Virus record (IMG/VR): IMGVR_UViG_2648501449_000003
Length of the DNA stretch: 64,000 nt
Strand: one strand, 5' to 3'
Origin: an uncultured virus (IMG/VR IMGVR_UViG_2648501449_000003)
Taxonomy: Duplodnaviria; Heunggongvirae; Uroviricota; Caudoviricetes
Shown: in pieces, positions 8,675-18,819 of the stretch
Numbering within the stretch: position 1 is the stretch's first letter
Layout: the number at the start of each line of letters is the position of its first letter
Made by a program: the position numbers and the translations under genes
The notes under the pieces: model-generated
Told to the model about the DNA's origin: nothing
The model's input: the letters and a program-made list of their open reading frames with translations, nothing else
The model's database searches: none

Positions 8675-9318
8675 GCATACAAATCGCTTCCATTGTGCTA
8701 CTCAACCTACTGGTGCTGTGGCTGCTGATCGAGAAGCGGGACCTGCGATCAGAAAACACCGAACTGCGCCGTGAAATCGCCAGGCTCTCAAAGCATCCCT
8801 CTACCTATGAGCCTGAACGACTCCCGTATATGCGGAGGTACGCAGACGATGAAGACTGAGCGTAGTAACGGCGCGATTCTTCTAGATCTAGCAGTGCATA
8901 TCGCCGCGGAGCCAGATCTTTCTGAACGTCTGAGATTGGTTAATGCTCGCGATCTTTTGTTGCGTGCCATGGGTATAGAGCCCGAGATTTCAATATTAGG
9001 GGAGGCGTCATGACAAAGCTGGAGCCCAATGATCAGGGGACATGCAAATGAGTGGGTTAAGTGATGTGCAGCGCGGGGCGCTCAAGAGTTGCTTGGAAGA
9101 GATCTATTTCGGGTACGGCGAGAAAGATTGGGAACGCCTCGCTGGCGTGGCTACTGAACGGATCGCGTCTGCGGTGAGGAAGGCGTCATGAGCGACTACA
9201 TCAAGGATGTTCTTAAAGACGCTATCGAGGAAGAGCTTTCGTTGGGTGGTGATGCGGGGACTGTGATGGCCCGTATCGGTGAGGTGTTGTCAGAAGAGGG
9301 CTACAGGGTGGTGGCGTT

Positions 9319-10314
9319 GTGAAGCTGGAACCGACTGAAGCGCAGCGGAAAGCGATGGGTGAGGCCGCTGATGAGTGGCATGGCCGGGTGGACACCACCG
9401 ATGAGTACATAGACCGGATCATCGCTGCCGCTAACAGCATCCCCGAGGGTGCACCTGTTGGCACCATCGCACGACGACCAGACGGGGCGTTCGTAGCTGT
9501 CCGGGTCTTAGCGGAAGATCTTGAGCAGTACTGGACCTACACCTGTGTTGATCACAGCGGACCTGACGATGATTGGCCCGACCGGCACGACGCCGACTCT
9601 TGGCCTGTCATCTACGACCCGAGGGAGTACGAGGGAACCGAGTATGACCCGGAAACGGGTCTGCACTGGTTCAAGCGTGGCGAAGAACCGCTTGTGCCTC
9701 GGCCCGACCCGCACGGCACGGTGAACCTAGACGGGACACTGCCTACGTTCACGCCAGACCCAACAGCACAACAGGAACCGCCGAAGGGGCTCTACGGGAA
9801 ATACCGGGTCGAGCGGGTGGATGGTAAACCAATACGGGCCTGCTTCGTCCTGGAATACCTGGACGACCTCCACGCCAATAAGGCGCTCTTAGAGTATGCA
9901 TTCTCTGTCGAACGGGTAAATCCCGAGTTAGCCAAGGATCTTCGCACTGAGTGGGGTAAATGGCCCGGAAGGTCACAACGGGAACCGGCGCTACGCGAAC
10001 GGTTTCCCGAGCAGGCATCGGCTTACGTGGCCGACCCCGAGTTGGCTGAGGTTGACGATGAACCACTCCCATCCGGGTCACTGATCACCCCAAAGCCCCG
10101 TGAACTTCCGAGCCTGGATTGTGAAGAGGCTCGAGACGGCACGGAGTGGAAGTTCCGGCTGAATGGGGAGCCCCGAAGTCTCGTGTATCGAAACAACGGC
10201 TGGCGATACGGGGAAGTCGGCGATCGCATCGGAGGTCGATGCGGAGTGTCCGATGGGCACGCATTCATTCGGGAGTTCGCGCCCTATATCGAAGTTGTCG
10301 GTGATCCCTCATGA
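9319..10314 (+). CDS. mosaic multi-domain hypothetical protein
   Basis: 331-aa ORF containing a domain also encoded by 20008..20208. Confidence 0.65.
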   Translation: MKLEPTEAQRKAMGEAADEWHGRVDTTDEYIDRIIAAANSIPEGAPVGTIARRPDGAFVAVRVLAEDLEQYWTYTCVDHSGPDDDWPDRHDADSWPVIYDPREYEGTEYDPETGLHWFKRGEEPLVPRPDPHGTVNLDGTLPTFTPDPTAQQEPPKGLYGKYRVERVDGKPIRACFVLEYLDDLHANKALLEYAFSVERVNPELAKDLRTEWGKWPGRSQREPALRERFPEQASAYVADPELAEVDDEPLPSGSLITPKPRELPSLDCEEARDGTEWKFRLNGEPRSLVYRNNGWRYGEVGDRIGGRCGVSDGHAFIREFAPYIEVVGDPS

Positions 10315-10435
10315 GTCGTGGTGTCCGTATGTCCGATTGGCTCGCAACCGATTACCGGCGTCTGTCTGATCCTGGTCCTGCTGTTCCTGACTGGTTTTGG
10401 GTTGATGACGAGTACGACGAGAAGGGGAACCCGCG

Positions 10436-10915
10436 GTGAGTGATAGCCGTGACGCTGTGGCGCATGTAGCGATGTATGCACTCTTGGGTAAGGCGCTTAA
10501 AGATCAAGAGAACCGGGGCCGCTCCTACCTTGTGGATTCCATGGAGGTTGGGGACGCGGTAGTTGGGCGGGCTAACGGATTGCCTGTGGGTAGGGCAGTG
10601 AAGTCGGTGCGCACTGACGCGAAAGTTGTTGACGACAAAGCCCTACTGAAGTGGGTGAAAGCCAATCACCCGGACGAGGTGGAGACCGTCGAGCAGGTTA
10701 GGCCAGCGTTCCTAGCTCAACTCAAGAAGGCCGGCGAGCTCTCCGACGGCGATACCCCGCTCATCGTCCTGGTCGAGGGCAACCCGTACGTGACAGTCAA
10801 ACCCACCGAGCACACAGAGCAGGTGATCCGGGAGTTATTGGCCCGCGGGAAGTTCTCACTCGAAGGCCCCGCCGCGTTGGATGCTGCCGTGATTGACGTG
10901 GAGGTTGAACAGTGA
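10436..10915 (+). CDS. phage recombination-associated protein
   Basis: VVDDKALLKWVKANHPDEVE...VRPAF; precedes the AAA ATPase. Confidence 0.55.
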   Translation: MSDSRDAVAHVAMYALLGKALKDQENRGRSYLVDSMEVGDAVVGRANGLPVGRAVKSVRTDAKVVDDKALLKWVKANHPDEVETVEQVRPAFLAQLKKAGELSDGDTPLIVLVEGNPYVTVKPTEHTEQVIRELLARGKFSLEGPAALDAAVIDVEVEQ

Positions 10916-11802
10916 CGCTCACGTTCAAGCCAGCGACCCGGGAAGCCTCCCATGCCCGGATCGCTCTGTCGGGGCCTAGTGGCAGCGGCAAGACCTACAC
11001 GGCGCTGGCCCTTGGAACCGCCTTGTCGGATCGGGTTGCGTTCGTAGACACCGAGCGGGGGAGCGCATCGAAGTACGTCGGGCTGAACGGCTGGCAGTTC
11101 GACACGGTGCAGCCCGACAGCTTCGCGCCCCTCTCGCTTGTCGAGCTGTTAGGGACCGCGGCCGGCGCCGAGTACGGCTGCGTGGTGGTGGATTCCCTCT
11201 CGCACTACTGGATGGGCGTGGACGGGATGCTCGAGCAGGCAGACCGAAGGTCTAGGAACGGCAACAGTTTTTCGGGCTGGAAGGAAGTGCGCCCCGAAGA
11301 GCGCCGCATGATTGACGCCCTGGTCGCATTCCCTGGGCATGTGGTTGTGACCATGCGCTCCAAAACGGAGTATGTGATTGAGGAGAACGAGCGCGGTAAG
11401 AAGGTTCCCCGCAAGGTCGGTATGAAACCTGAGCAGCGCGACGGAATCGAGTACGAGTTCGACCTAGTGGGGGACCTGGACCACGACAACACCTTGACAG
11501 TGGTCAAGTCCAGAATCCACACCCTCTCCAAAGCGGTGATCCCTTTCCCGGGTGAGGAGTTGGCGCAGCAGATCAGCGAATGGCTTTCTGACGGGGAGAA
11601 GGTTCCCACGGTCGCTGAGTACCGCAAGAAGGCGCTAGCCCTCAACTCCATGGATGGCCTCAAGGCGCTGTTTGAAGAGGTTGCCGGCCACCGGATGGCG
11701 ACCGCGCCGACTGTGGATGCTGATGGATACCCGACCGTATTGGGTGATCTGATCAAGTCTCATGCCATTGAGGTGAAGCGGCAGGAGGCCGCTAGTGCCT
11801 AG
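10912..11802 (+). CDS. AAA ATPase (Sak4/AAA_24-like recombinase)
   Basis: GPSGSGKT Walker A, DTERGS, VVVDSLSH, EYEFD. Confidence 0.85.
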   Translation: MTLTFKPATREASHARIALSGPSGSGKTYTALALGTALSDRVAFVDTERGSASKYVGLNGWQFDTVQPDSFAPLSLVELLGTAAGAEYGCVVVDSLSHYWMGVDGMLEQADRRSRNGNSFSGWKEVRPEERRMIDALVAFPGHVVVTMRSKTEYVIEENERGKKVPRKVGMKPEQRDGIEYEFDLVGDLDHDNTLTVVKSRIHTLSKAVIPFPGEELAQQISEWLSDGEKVPTVAEYRKKALALNSMDGLKALFEEVAGHRMATAPTVDADGYPTVLGDLIKSHAIEVKRQEAASA

Positions 11803-12154
11803 GGCCGGCGAGTTCACCGCGGAAGCCAAAGAGCTGATGCTCGAGAGGTCTTTGGGTGAGTGTGAGGTGCAGTGGCCGAACGTGTGCGTGCAGACGGTGG
11901 AGTCGTATCACCATCGTCGCCCGCGGGGCAGGGGTGGTAGCCGACAGGAGTCGACGAGCCGGGTTTCCAATGGGCTGGCGATATGCCGTGGCTGCCACTC
12001 CTTCATTGAGACACGCGAGCGCGGGAAGGCTATCGAGTTGGGGTTCATCGTGTCCCAGTGGCAGGAGCCTGCTTTTGAGCGTGTGTTTTACCGGCATGAG
12101 CGTTGGGTGTGGCTTGCCGACGATGGGTCGATTCGTGAGGAGCGTGCGGCGTGA
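11795..12154 (+). CDS. HNH-like endonuclease
   Basis: CE...HHRRPR...SNGLAICRGCH. Confidence 0.75.
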   Translation: MPRAGEFTAEAKELMLERSLGECEVQWPNVCVQTVESYHHRRPRGRGGSRQESTSRVSNGLAICRGCHSFIETRERGKAIELGFIVSQWQEPAFERVFYRHERWVWLADDGSIREERAA

Positions 12155-12567
12155 GGGCAACGTTTGATCCGCTGAATGTGGATGCTGCGCTTCAGGGTTA
12201 TCCGGTGTCGTTGTCGAAACCGGATCGTGTGGTGGCGGCGAAAGCCCTGACCGCTCAGGGGTTGTCCGGGACAGAGGTAGCGCGTCGGCTGAATGTGACT
12301 GACCGCCAGATCGAGCGGTATAAGGCTGAGCCGATGCCTGAACCTGAAGGGCCTCCAGAGGTGGATTACGAGTTCTGCGGCAACGAAAACGTTTTGGTTC
12401 GTAAAGCCACCGAGTTGATCCGGTCTCTGCGAACCAAGGATCACTTGGAGGTGTTGGGGGATTGTGTGGACTTCTGTGCCTGGCATCCGGGTGTAGCGGC
12501 ACAGGTTATGTGTGCGTTGGCGTTGTGGGCTGATTCGGGGGAGTGGGCGTTGGGGAGGTCGGCGTGA
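12151..12567 (+). CDS. HTH DNA-binding protein
   Basis: GLSGTEVARRLNVTDRQIERY. Confidence 0.7.
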   Translation: MRATFDPLNVDAALQGYPVSLSKPDRVVAAKALTAQGLSGTEVARRLNVTDRQIERYKAEPMPEPEGPPEVDYEFCGNENVLVRKATELIRSLRTKDHLEVLGDCVDFCAWHPGVAAQVMCALALWADSGEWALGRSA

Positions 12568-12969
12568 CTGTTTGGCCTACCTACCACTTCTGCCGTTGTG
12601 GTCATCAGAGATACCAGCATAACGGTCAATCAGCTGAGTGTTACGGGGCTTTGGATGACGGTGTGACCCTTTGTGATTGCGGAGGGTTTGTTGAAGACAA
12701 GAAGGAATGCGCATGAGCGAGCCTAAGAACGCCAATGAGATCATCACGCAAGCCGCGATCAGATGGTACGGCCCCGCCTTCACCCTTGGCAGCGCCGGAT
12801 TTGGTGGCTTCATCCTTGAAGAACTGAAGGCCAACGGATACGCAGTAGTAGAACTACCGAGATCCCTGCCGGTAACACCGGAGGTGCAATCCGGGTGTGA
12901 GCACACATGCCTTATTGGGTCTGATCTTCTCGCCGCTGCTGCTGCGGCTGCACGTGATTCGGAGGAGCG

Positions 12970-14073
12970 ATGAGCGACCTGCGGGAAGGGCTACTTTTTC
13001 CCAACCTCCTAACCCGTTCTGAACGTCGTGAATTGGATCGCGAACCAGAGCCCAGATTCCTGTATCAGAGCATGGGCGCGGGGTGGCAGTCGACGGCTAT
13101 AGCGCTCTTAGCGGCGCAGGGGGTCATTGAGAAGCCCCGGTTTGCGGTATTCGCCGATACCGGCTGGGAGCCACCGGAGGTATACGCGCATCTCGCTCGT
13201 CTAGATGAGGAGGTGTTGGCGCCGGCTGGGATAGCCCTGGTGCGCGTTCGGGCAGGGAGTATCTACGACGAGGCTTTGGACCCCCACTTTCCAAGATCCC
13301 TGCCGTTGTACACGAGGGACCCAAAGACTGGCGAGCCAGGCGGTATTACCAGCCGGGCCTGCACAACCAACTTCAAGATGATCGCCATCTATCGGTGGTT
13401 GCGTGAGCAGTTGGGAGCCAAGGTAAGCGAGGGGTCCTGCACTTTCTGTAGCGGCGAGGGGCAGCGCAATGCCCCCTGGTTGGTGAAGTATGGACACGAA
13501 AAACCCTGGGGTATCTGCTCGGTCTGCCGGGGGACTGGCACTGTCCGGAAGGTTGGCGCGCCACCACAAGGGGTGTGGGCGCGCAGCTACGTGGGCTTCT
13601 CTGCTGATGAGATGGGCCGGATATCGCCGTCGCGCGTGTCCTACGCCTTCGACACTTTCCCTTTGGTTGGCAGGGATCAAAACGGCGAGGTTGTGCCGCC
13701 TGATCTTTCAATGTCTCGGCACGACTGCGGTGAGTACAACACGCGTCACGGATTCCCTGAGGTGATGAAGTCGGCGTGTATCGGCTGTCCGTGGCATTCG
13801 GACGCTGAGTGGATCCGCATCAAACAAGATGAGCGGCAGTGGCAGCAGGTTGTTGATCTGGACCGCAGTATCCGAAACACCCCCGGTTTAGACAACGAAG
13901 CCTTTCTCCATAAGAGCCGCATTCCTATTGAGGATGTGACTTTCGAGTCGGCGGATGACGTTGAGCGTCCCAGCTGCTCTCCGTACGGATGCCGTAGCGG
14001 GCTGGATACCGATTCCGTGGCACCGCCCTCGCTTTTCGATGACGACTGGATCGATCTAGAGGAGACCGCATGA
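12970..14073 (+). CDS. PAPS-reductase/PP-loop family protein with Zn-finger insert
   Basis: SMGAGWQS, FADTGWE, GFSADE, KSACIGCPWH; internal CTFCSGEG and CSVCRGTG. Confidence 0.7.
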   Translation: MSDLREGLLFPNLLTRSERRELDREPEPRFLYQSMGAGWQSTAIALLAAQGVIEKPRFAVFADTGWEPPEVYAHLARLDEEVLAPAGIALVRVRAGSIYDEALDPHFPRSLPLYTRDPKTGEPGGITSRACTTNFKMIAIYRWLREQLGAKVSEGSCTFCSGEGQRNAPWLVKYGHEKPWGICSVCRGTGTVRKVGAPPQGVWARSYVGFSADEMGRISPSRVSYAFDTFPLVGRDQNGEVVPPDLSMSRHDCGEYNTRHGFPEVMKSACIGCPWHSDAEWIRIKQDERQWQQVVDLDRSIRNTPGLDNEAFLHKSRIPIEDVTFESADDVERPSCSPYGCRSGLDTDSVAPPSLFDDDWIDLEETA

Positions 14074-14358
14074 CCGACCTTTGTTCCTGCGGCCACGATC
14101 TCGATGAGCATCAACGTCACTACGGCACTTGTAAAGCCACTATCCCTGGTTCTTTTGAGCCTCTTTACCGGTACTGCCCTTGTGGGGGATTTGATAGGAG
14201 TGACGATGAGTGACGAGCGTCTGGATTCCTTGGCGAAAGAACTCTGCGAGAAGCGTTCTGTGTCCGCGCCGCTGCGATGGGATTCGCTCACATCTGACCA
14301 GAAAGACACATGGCGGCGGATGGCTGCGCAGCGCCTCAACGACCAGGAGGCGGTGTAG

Positions 14359-15294
14359 ATGGGCTGGATACGCGTCTCTGATGACTTCTACGACAACGAC
14401 AAGTTCAGTGAAGTCGGACCACTGGGGGTGGCGCTGCACTTCGCGGCGATGGGTTTCTGTAACCGGAACCTAACGGACGGATTCTTCAAAAAGAACAAGG
14501 CTCGACTTTTCCTTGACTTCGACGGCATCGGTATCACCACTAGTCAATCGGATTGCTTCGGTGTTGGCGTCGACGGTGATGACGCGGTGAAGTTGGTCAT
14601 CGAATGGATGATGGCATCAGAGCTTTGGCACGAGTGTGGCCATGGGTGCGAGGAATGTCATTCCCGCGAAGACGGCGGCGAACCTGGCGGCGATGAGTAC
14701 CTGATCCACGACTACCTGAAGTTCCAGTTTTCGCGTCAGGAAATCGAGGAGAAGGCCGAGAAAGCTAGGGCGCGCAAGGAGGCCTGGAAGGCTAGGCAGG
14801 CGGTAGAACGTAGTTCGGAACAGCGTTCGGAACGGGGGAAGAACGGCGTTCGGAACGCTGCAGGAACGCTGGCGGAACACGACAACCCAACCCCAACCCC
14901 AACCCCAACCCCAACCCCAACGAAAGATTCATTCTTCGTTCCTCAGAATGAATCTTTAGGGGGGTCACCAAAACCGGGAACCTCACCAGAGCCCGAGTCG
15001 GCGTCAGCCCCGCGCTGCGCGCGCCACCCCTACGGAAATCCCGAAGACGAAAACTGCCGGGGCTGCAAGCGAGTCAAAGACGCCGAGAAGGCACAGGAAC
15101 TCCAGGCCGAAATCGCAGAGAAGGCGGCACGCACAGCAGCAGCCGAGCGGCGACGCAACTGCAAGCTCTGCGGCGGCAGCGGATGGATCGACCTCCCTGA
15201 CGATTCCGGCGTCATCGACTGCGAATGCAAGACGCCCATCCCAAATCTCCAGCTTGTCCATGACGCCACAAACCAAAGGAGGTCGGCATCGTGA
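14359..15294 (+). CDS. putative replication initiator protein
   Basis: MGWIRVSDDFYDNDKF...YLIHDYLKFQ N-terminus, PT linker, C-terminal Cys motifs. Confidence 0.65.
   Translation: MGWIRVSDDFYDNDKFSEVGPLGVALHFAAMGFCNRNLTDGFFKKNKARLFLDFDGIGITTSQSDCFGVGVDGDDAVKLVIEWMMASELWHECGHGCEECHSREDGGEPGGDEYLIHDYLKFQFSRQEIEEKAEKARARKEAWKARQAVERSSEQRSERGKNGVRNAAGTLAEHDNPTPTPTPTPTPTKDSFFVPQNESLGGSPKPGTSPEPESASAPRCARHPYGNPEDENCRGCKRVKDAEKAQELQAEIAEKAARTAAAERRRNCKLCGGSGWIDLPDDSGVIDCECKTPIPNLQLVHDATNQRRSAS
14813..14957. repeat. putative phage origin: iteron-like repeats, hexamer tract, inverted repeat
   Basis: GTTCGGAAC x3 (14813, 14825, 14848); (CCAACC)n about 14887-14920; AAAGATTCATTCT/AGAATGAATCTTT 14923-14957. 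Confidence 0.55.
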
Positions 15295-15578
15295 CTACCC
15301 AAGCCATAACAGACATCAAAGAACTCGTAGGAGAAATGCCAGCGAGGGGATGTGAGTGGCCCAGCCACGCGTGTGATTCGCAGGCGCACTGGATCGCTCG
15401 CTGTCATTGCATGCGCGGATGGGTCTGCGTGTCGCTCGTGCTGGAGTTATGCGACCGCCACAAAGATGAAGCCCTGTCTATTGCGACGGAGGCCGTCACC
15501 GAACGTCGTTTCTGCTACAGCTGCGGCGTCGCGGCATTGAGCTCGTCTGACGTGGTCGGTCCGGTGATGCCGCTATGA
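15291..15578 (+). CDS. Cys-rich hypothetical protein
   Basis: Multiple CxxC/CxxH motifs. Confidence 0.6.
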   Translation: MTTQAITDIKELVGEMPARGCEWPSHACDSQAHWIARCHCMRGWVCVSLVLELCDRHKDEALSIATEAVTERRFCYSCGVAALSSSDVVGPVMPL

Positions 15579-15919
15579 CCGCCTGGTTTAAACGCACACA
15601 GCCCAAACCCCAACCAGTGGTGTCACTACAACCCCGAACCGGTGAAGAGACCCCTACGGCGTTCCTAGCCCGATTAAAGATCGAATGCACACCCCCATGC
15701 GAAGACTGCTACAGGCCCGCGGACTTCATGGTCACCATCCACCTCGTAGACCACTGCGACAGACCAGCCGTTGAAGTGTTCATCTGTGCTGCGCATGTAT
15801 CCACGATCGGGAACTGGGTACAAGCCTCGATAGAGACAAGACGCAGAGGACGCTGCACCTGCTGCGGGCATGAAGTAACAGCACCACACGACCTCATAGA
15901 AGACGTGGTGAAGCTATGA
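15575..15919 (+). CDS. Cys-rich hypothetical protein
   Basis: Multiple CxxC/CxxH motifs. Confidence 0.6.
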   Translation: MTAWFKRTQPKPQPVVSLQPRTGEETPTAFLARLKIECTPPCEDCYRPADFMVTIHLVDHCDRPAVEVFICAAHVSTIGNWVQASIETRRRGRCTCCGHEVTAPHDLIEDVVKL

Positions 15920-16230
15920 GCGATCACGTCGGGCGCGGTGGTGGCGGCCGGAACAAGTGGTGGAAGATTCGGAAGCTGGGAACCGGGTGGGAAATATGGC
16001 AATTCGAGACTGGAACATCCCGAATTCTCATGATATGCCAAGGGATCTACCCCTCTGGTGCTGAGGCTATAGCAGCATTCGCGGCAGGTGGAAGATGAGC
16101 GACCCATCCGAATCCGCAGTGATAAAGCTCATGGGGTACGCCCACGGCTTCATGAACCCCGAGTACATCCACCTGACGAGGGAAGAGGCGCAGGTGATTT
16201 TGCAGGCGCTGGAAAGGTTGGCTGATCTAA

Positions 16231-16536
16231 GTGTCTGATCCTGCAATCGAAGCCGCACGCAAGGTATTCACCGAGTACTGGCCGGATCAAGGCGACTTTG
16301 AGTTCAACTACAGCAACGAGGGCCGCTTCGGTATCGAGGTCGCCCGTGAGATGGCTAAGTCGGTACAGGAACAACTGGCCGTCATCCGTGAACGCTACGA
16401 ATTGGTACGTACGTGGATGCTCGCAGCTGAGACATCAGCGGAACTATCCCGGCACTCAAGCGAAATGGCTGGTCTCAAGTACGCATACGACCTGATAGCA
16501 CCCACGGTTTACCCAAGTGAGGAACTAGAGCGATGA
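16231..16536 (+). CDS. hypothetical protein
   Basis: ORF in a coupled run. Confidence 0.6.
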   Translation: MSDPAIEAARKVFTEYWPDQGDFEFNYSNEGRFGIEVAREMAKSVQEQLAVIRERYELVRTWMLAAETSAELSRHSSEMAGLKYAYDLIAPTVYPSEELER

Positions 16537-16829
16537 GTGAGCTTGTAGACCGCGCTAAAGCATCCCTAGAAGGCGTAACCGGAGGACCGTGGGAGACCCG
16601 TCCTGGTGCTACCGGTGATCCGACGACGACAAGTGCATCGGTACATTCCGGCCACCGTTCAATTCTCGTGTCTAGTGACGGCTACCACTACGGATATGCC
16701 GACAAGGCGGATGCCCGATTCATCGCCGCTGCAAGGCAGTTGGTTCCTGAACTCATCGCGGAAGTAGAGCGGCTGGAGGAACGTATCGCTGAGCAGGACC
16801 AAGAGCTTAGGTACTGGAGTAACCGATGA
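16533..16829 (+). CDS. Ead/Ea22-like hypothetical protein
   Basis: T.GPW...ADARFIAAARQLVPELIAEVERL. Confidence 0.6.
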   Translation: MSELVDRAKASLEGVTGGPWETRPGATGDPTTTSASVHSGHRSILVSSDGYHYGYADKADARFIAAARQLVPELIAEVERLEERIAEQDQELRYWSNR

Positions 16830-17143
16830 GTGACGAACCTTCGGACGCACAGAAGCTCATAGCGGAAGTGATAGCCACGCACCGCGCTTTATTCGATGGA
16901 GAGGCTTGCGACGCCTGCGACTGGAAGTTCACCAATGAGTATTACGGGCACGACGAACACGTTGCCGTAGAGGTGGATAAAGCCCTTGGAGGACTCACGC
17001 GGAAGCGGCGGATTGACTATCAATGGCGCGAGACGGGCGAGGTGCATCACGACCGATTCTTTGAAGGGAAGCCCGTCCCCAAGACGCGGCTGCACTATGT
17101 GCAGCAGTCCCGTTGGGCGTCTGGCTGGACGGTGACCGAATGA
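16826..17143 (+). CDS. hypothetical protein
   Basis: Coupled ORF. Confidence 0.6.
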   Translation: MSDEPSDAQKLIAEVIATHRALFDGEACDACDWKFTNEYYGHDEHVAVEVDKALGGLTRKRRIDYQWRETGEVHHDRFFEGKPVPKTRLHYVQQSRWASGWTVTE

Positions 17144-17447
17144 GCTACATCGACATGTTCGGAATCGAGTATGGCGGCTGCGGTGACTGTGATTGTGATC
17201 ATGGTTGTCAGGGCGTTGGCTCCGACGATGAGGCCAAGTTCTACCCCGAGGCTTCCGATGACTGACTACCAAGACACCGGTAGCCGACGGAAACCTACGG
17301 CATACACCGAAACGGGGGCCGCTGAGCGGGTGTGCCCGGACTGTAGTGCCCCAGAAGGACATCCCTGTAGATGGATAGCCATGGATGGGCAGGGGGATTT
17401 AGGGAAACCAAGGCATTGGCCGCATGAGACACGTTGGAGGAAATGAA

Positions 17448-17765
17448 ATGCGTGACGATATTCACCCTGGACCGCGCATCATCTCCGGTAAAGCGGAACT
17501 ACCCTGCCTGAAACCGGAGCCCTGGATGATCCAGGCGTCCTGCGCCACCGCAGACCCGGACGCGTTTTTCCCCCATAAGCGTGGCGACGGTGATAGCGAG
17601 TCGATCACCGTGCAGTACCAATACGCCAAGAAGATATGCCGCTCATGCCCAGTCAGGGTTGAGTGTTTGACCTACGCGATCGTCAACGACGAACGCGACG
17701 GGATCTACGGCGGCTTAGGCCCTCGTGAGCGCGCGAAGATCATGCGTAACAGGGAGGCAAGCTGA
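17448..17765 (+). CDS. whiB: WhiB-family transcription factor
   Basis: C...DPDAFFP...AKKICRSCPVRVECL...GIYGG. Confidence 0.9.
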   Translation: MRDDIHPGPRIISGKAELPCLKPEPWMIQASCATADPDAFFPHKRGDGDSESITVQYQYAKKICRSCPVRVECLTYAIVNDERDGIYGGLGPRERAKIMRNREAS

Positions 17766-18079
17766 TGCCGCACTCAAGCCCTACCGACTGGATAGCCGGT
17801 GGAAGTGTCGCCGCAGACATCGTTGGATGCCTCACCGGTCTGGTCGCGGACCTGTCCTGGCAGGATAAAGCGGCGTGCCGTGGACTCCCTACGGAGTGGT
17901 GGTTCCCGGACCAAGGCGGCAGCCGGGAATGTAAGCGGGCCAAGGAAATCTGCCACGGCTGCCCAGTCAAACTCCAATGCCTCCAATTCGCGATAGAGGT
18001 ACACGACCAGCACGGAATTTACGGGGAGCTGTCATTGAAGGACAGGCGCAGGTGGAACCAGGAAAGGAAAGCGGGCTAG
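17765..18079 (+). CDS. whiB: WhiB-family transcription factor (second copy)
   Basis: WQDKAAC...WWFP...AKEICHGCPVKLQCL...HGIYGE. Confidence 0.9.
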   Translation: MPHSSPTDWIAGGSVAADIVGCLTGLVADLSWQDKAACRGLPTEWWFPDQGGSRECKRAKEICHGCPVKLQCLQFAIEVHDQHGIYGELSLKDRRRWNQERKAG

Positions 18080-18120
18080 ACACCGCGAATGTCAGTGTAT
18101 CGGAGGATAATTGAGGTATG
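18077..18120 (+). repeat. 44-bp module, copy 2
   Basis: TAGACACCGCGAATGTCAGTGTATCGGAGGATAATTGAGGTATG. Confidence 0.9.
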
Positions 18121-18549
18121 GGAATGACTGATTTACAGAACGTCCACGAGCGCATTGCGGGCAAGCGTATAGCCTCCGTCGAGGCCGACGGTACGAGGCT
18201 GGTGCTAAACGATGGCACTGTGCTGCATCTCTACATGTCAGACAGTGACTGTTGTGCTTCCGCCGATGGGAAGTGGGTAATCCAGCCGGACGCGCTGGAG
18301 GCGATTATTACCGGCGTTCAGGTTACACCAGACGCGGATCGGAGCGGTTATGACGGTGACGGAAATACCAACTACGCCACCATCTCAATTCTGCACAACC
18401 AGAACCCCATTGCCCTTGCAGACTGCTATGCCAATGACGGTAATGGGGGCTACTACTTCTCCGTGCTATCCCTCCGTGTTGTCATGCCCGGTGACGAAGA
18501 TGACGTCAAGGTGGAAGTCCTGAACTCTGACTCCTCGTCCAGCGATTGA
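18118..18549 (+). CDS. acidic hypothetical protein
   Basis: DCCA...GNGGYYFSVL; started by module copy 2. Confidence 0.75.
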   Translation: MGMTDLQNVHERIAGKRIASVEADGTRLVLNDGTVLHLYMSDSDCCASADGKWVIQPDALEAIITGVQVTPDADRSGYDGDGNTNYATISILHNQNPIALADCYANDGNGGYYFSVLSLRVVMPGDEDDVKVEVLNSDSSSSD

Positions 18550-18819
18550 GGAGGTAGTGAGAGTTGAGTGCTGAACCGCTGCAATGGGACCACAACCCAG
18601 ATATTCGCGTCCCAAAGAATGGGTGCCGCGCCGAAGTTGACGGCGGTGCTTACATTCTGTTCAAGTACGGCGCTAGTTCGTGGCAGGTGCTTTTCAGCAC
18701 TGGGTGGCATATACCCGATGAGGTCTATCTCGGCGACAGCGAATCAGACGCACTAGCCGCAGCAGAAGCTCACCATATCGCCATTAGGCAGAGAACGATC
18801 TACCGTCGAACGGGCAGGA

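Noticed and set aside
11044..11052. TAGACACCG match
   Set aside because: Inside the AAA ATPase coding sequence (VDTE) with no 3' half.
4218..14073. Complete Dnd phosphorothioation system (DGQHR + PAPS-reductase-like genes)
   Set aside because: The genes are 7 kb apart and no DndA/D/E-like genes are visible.
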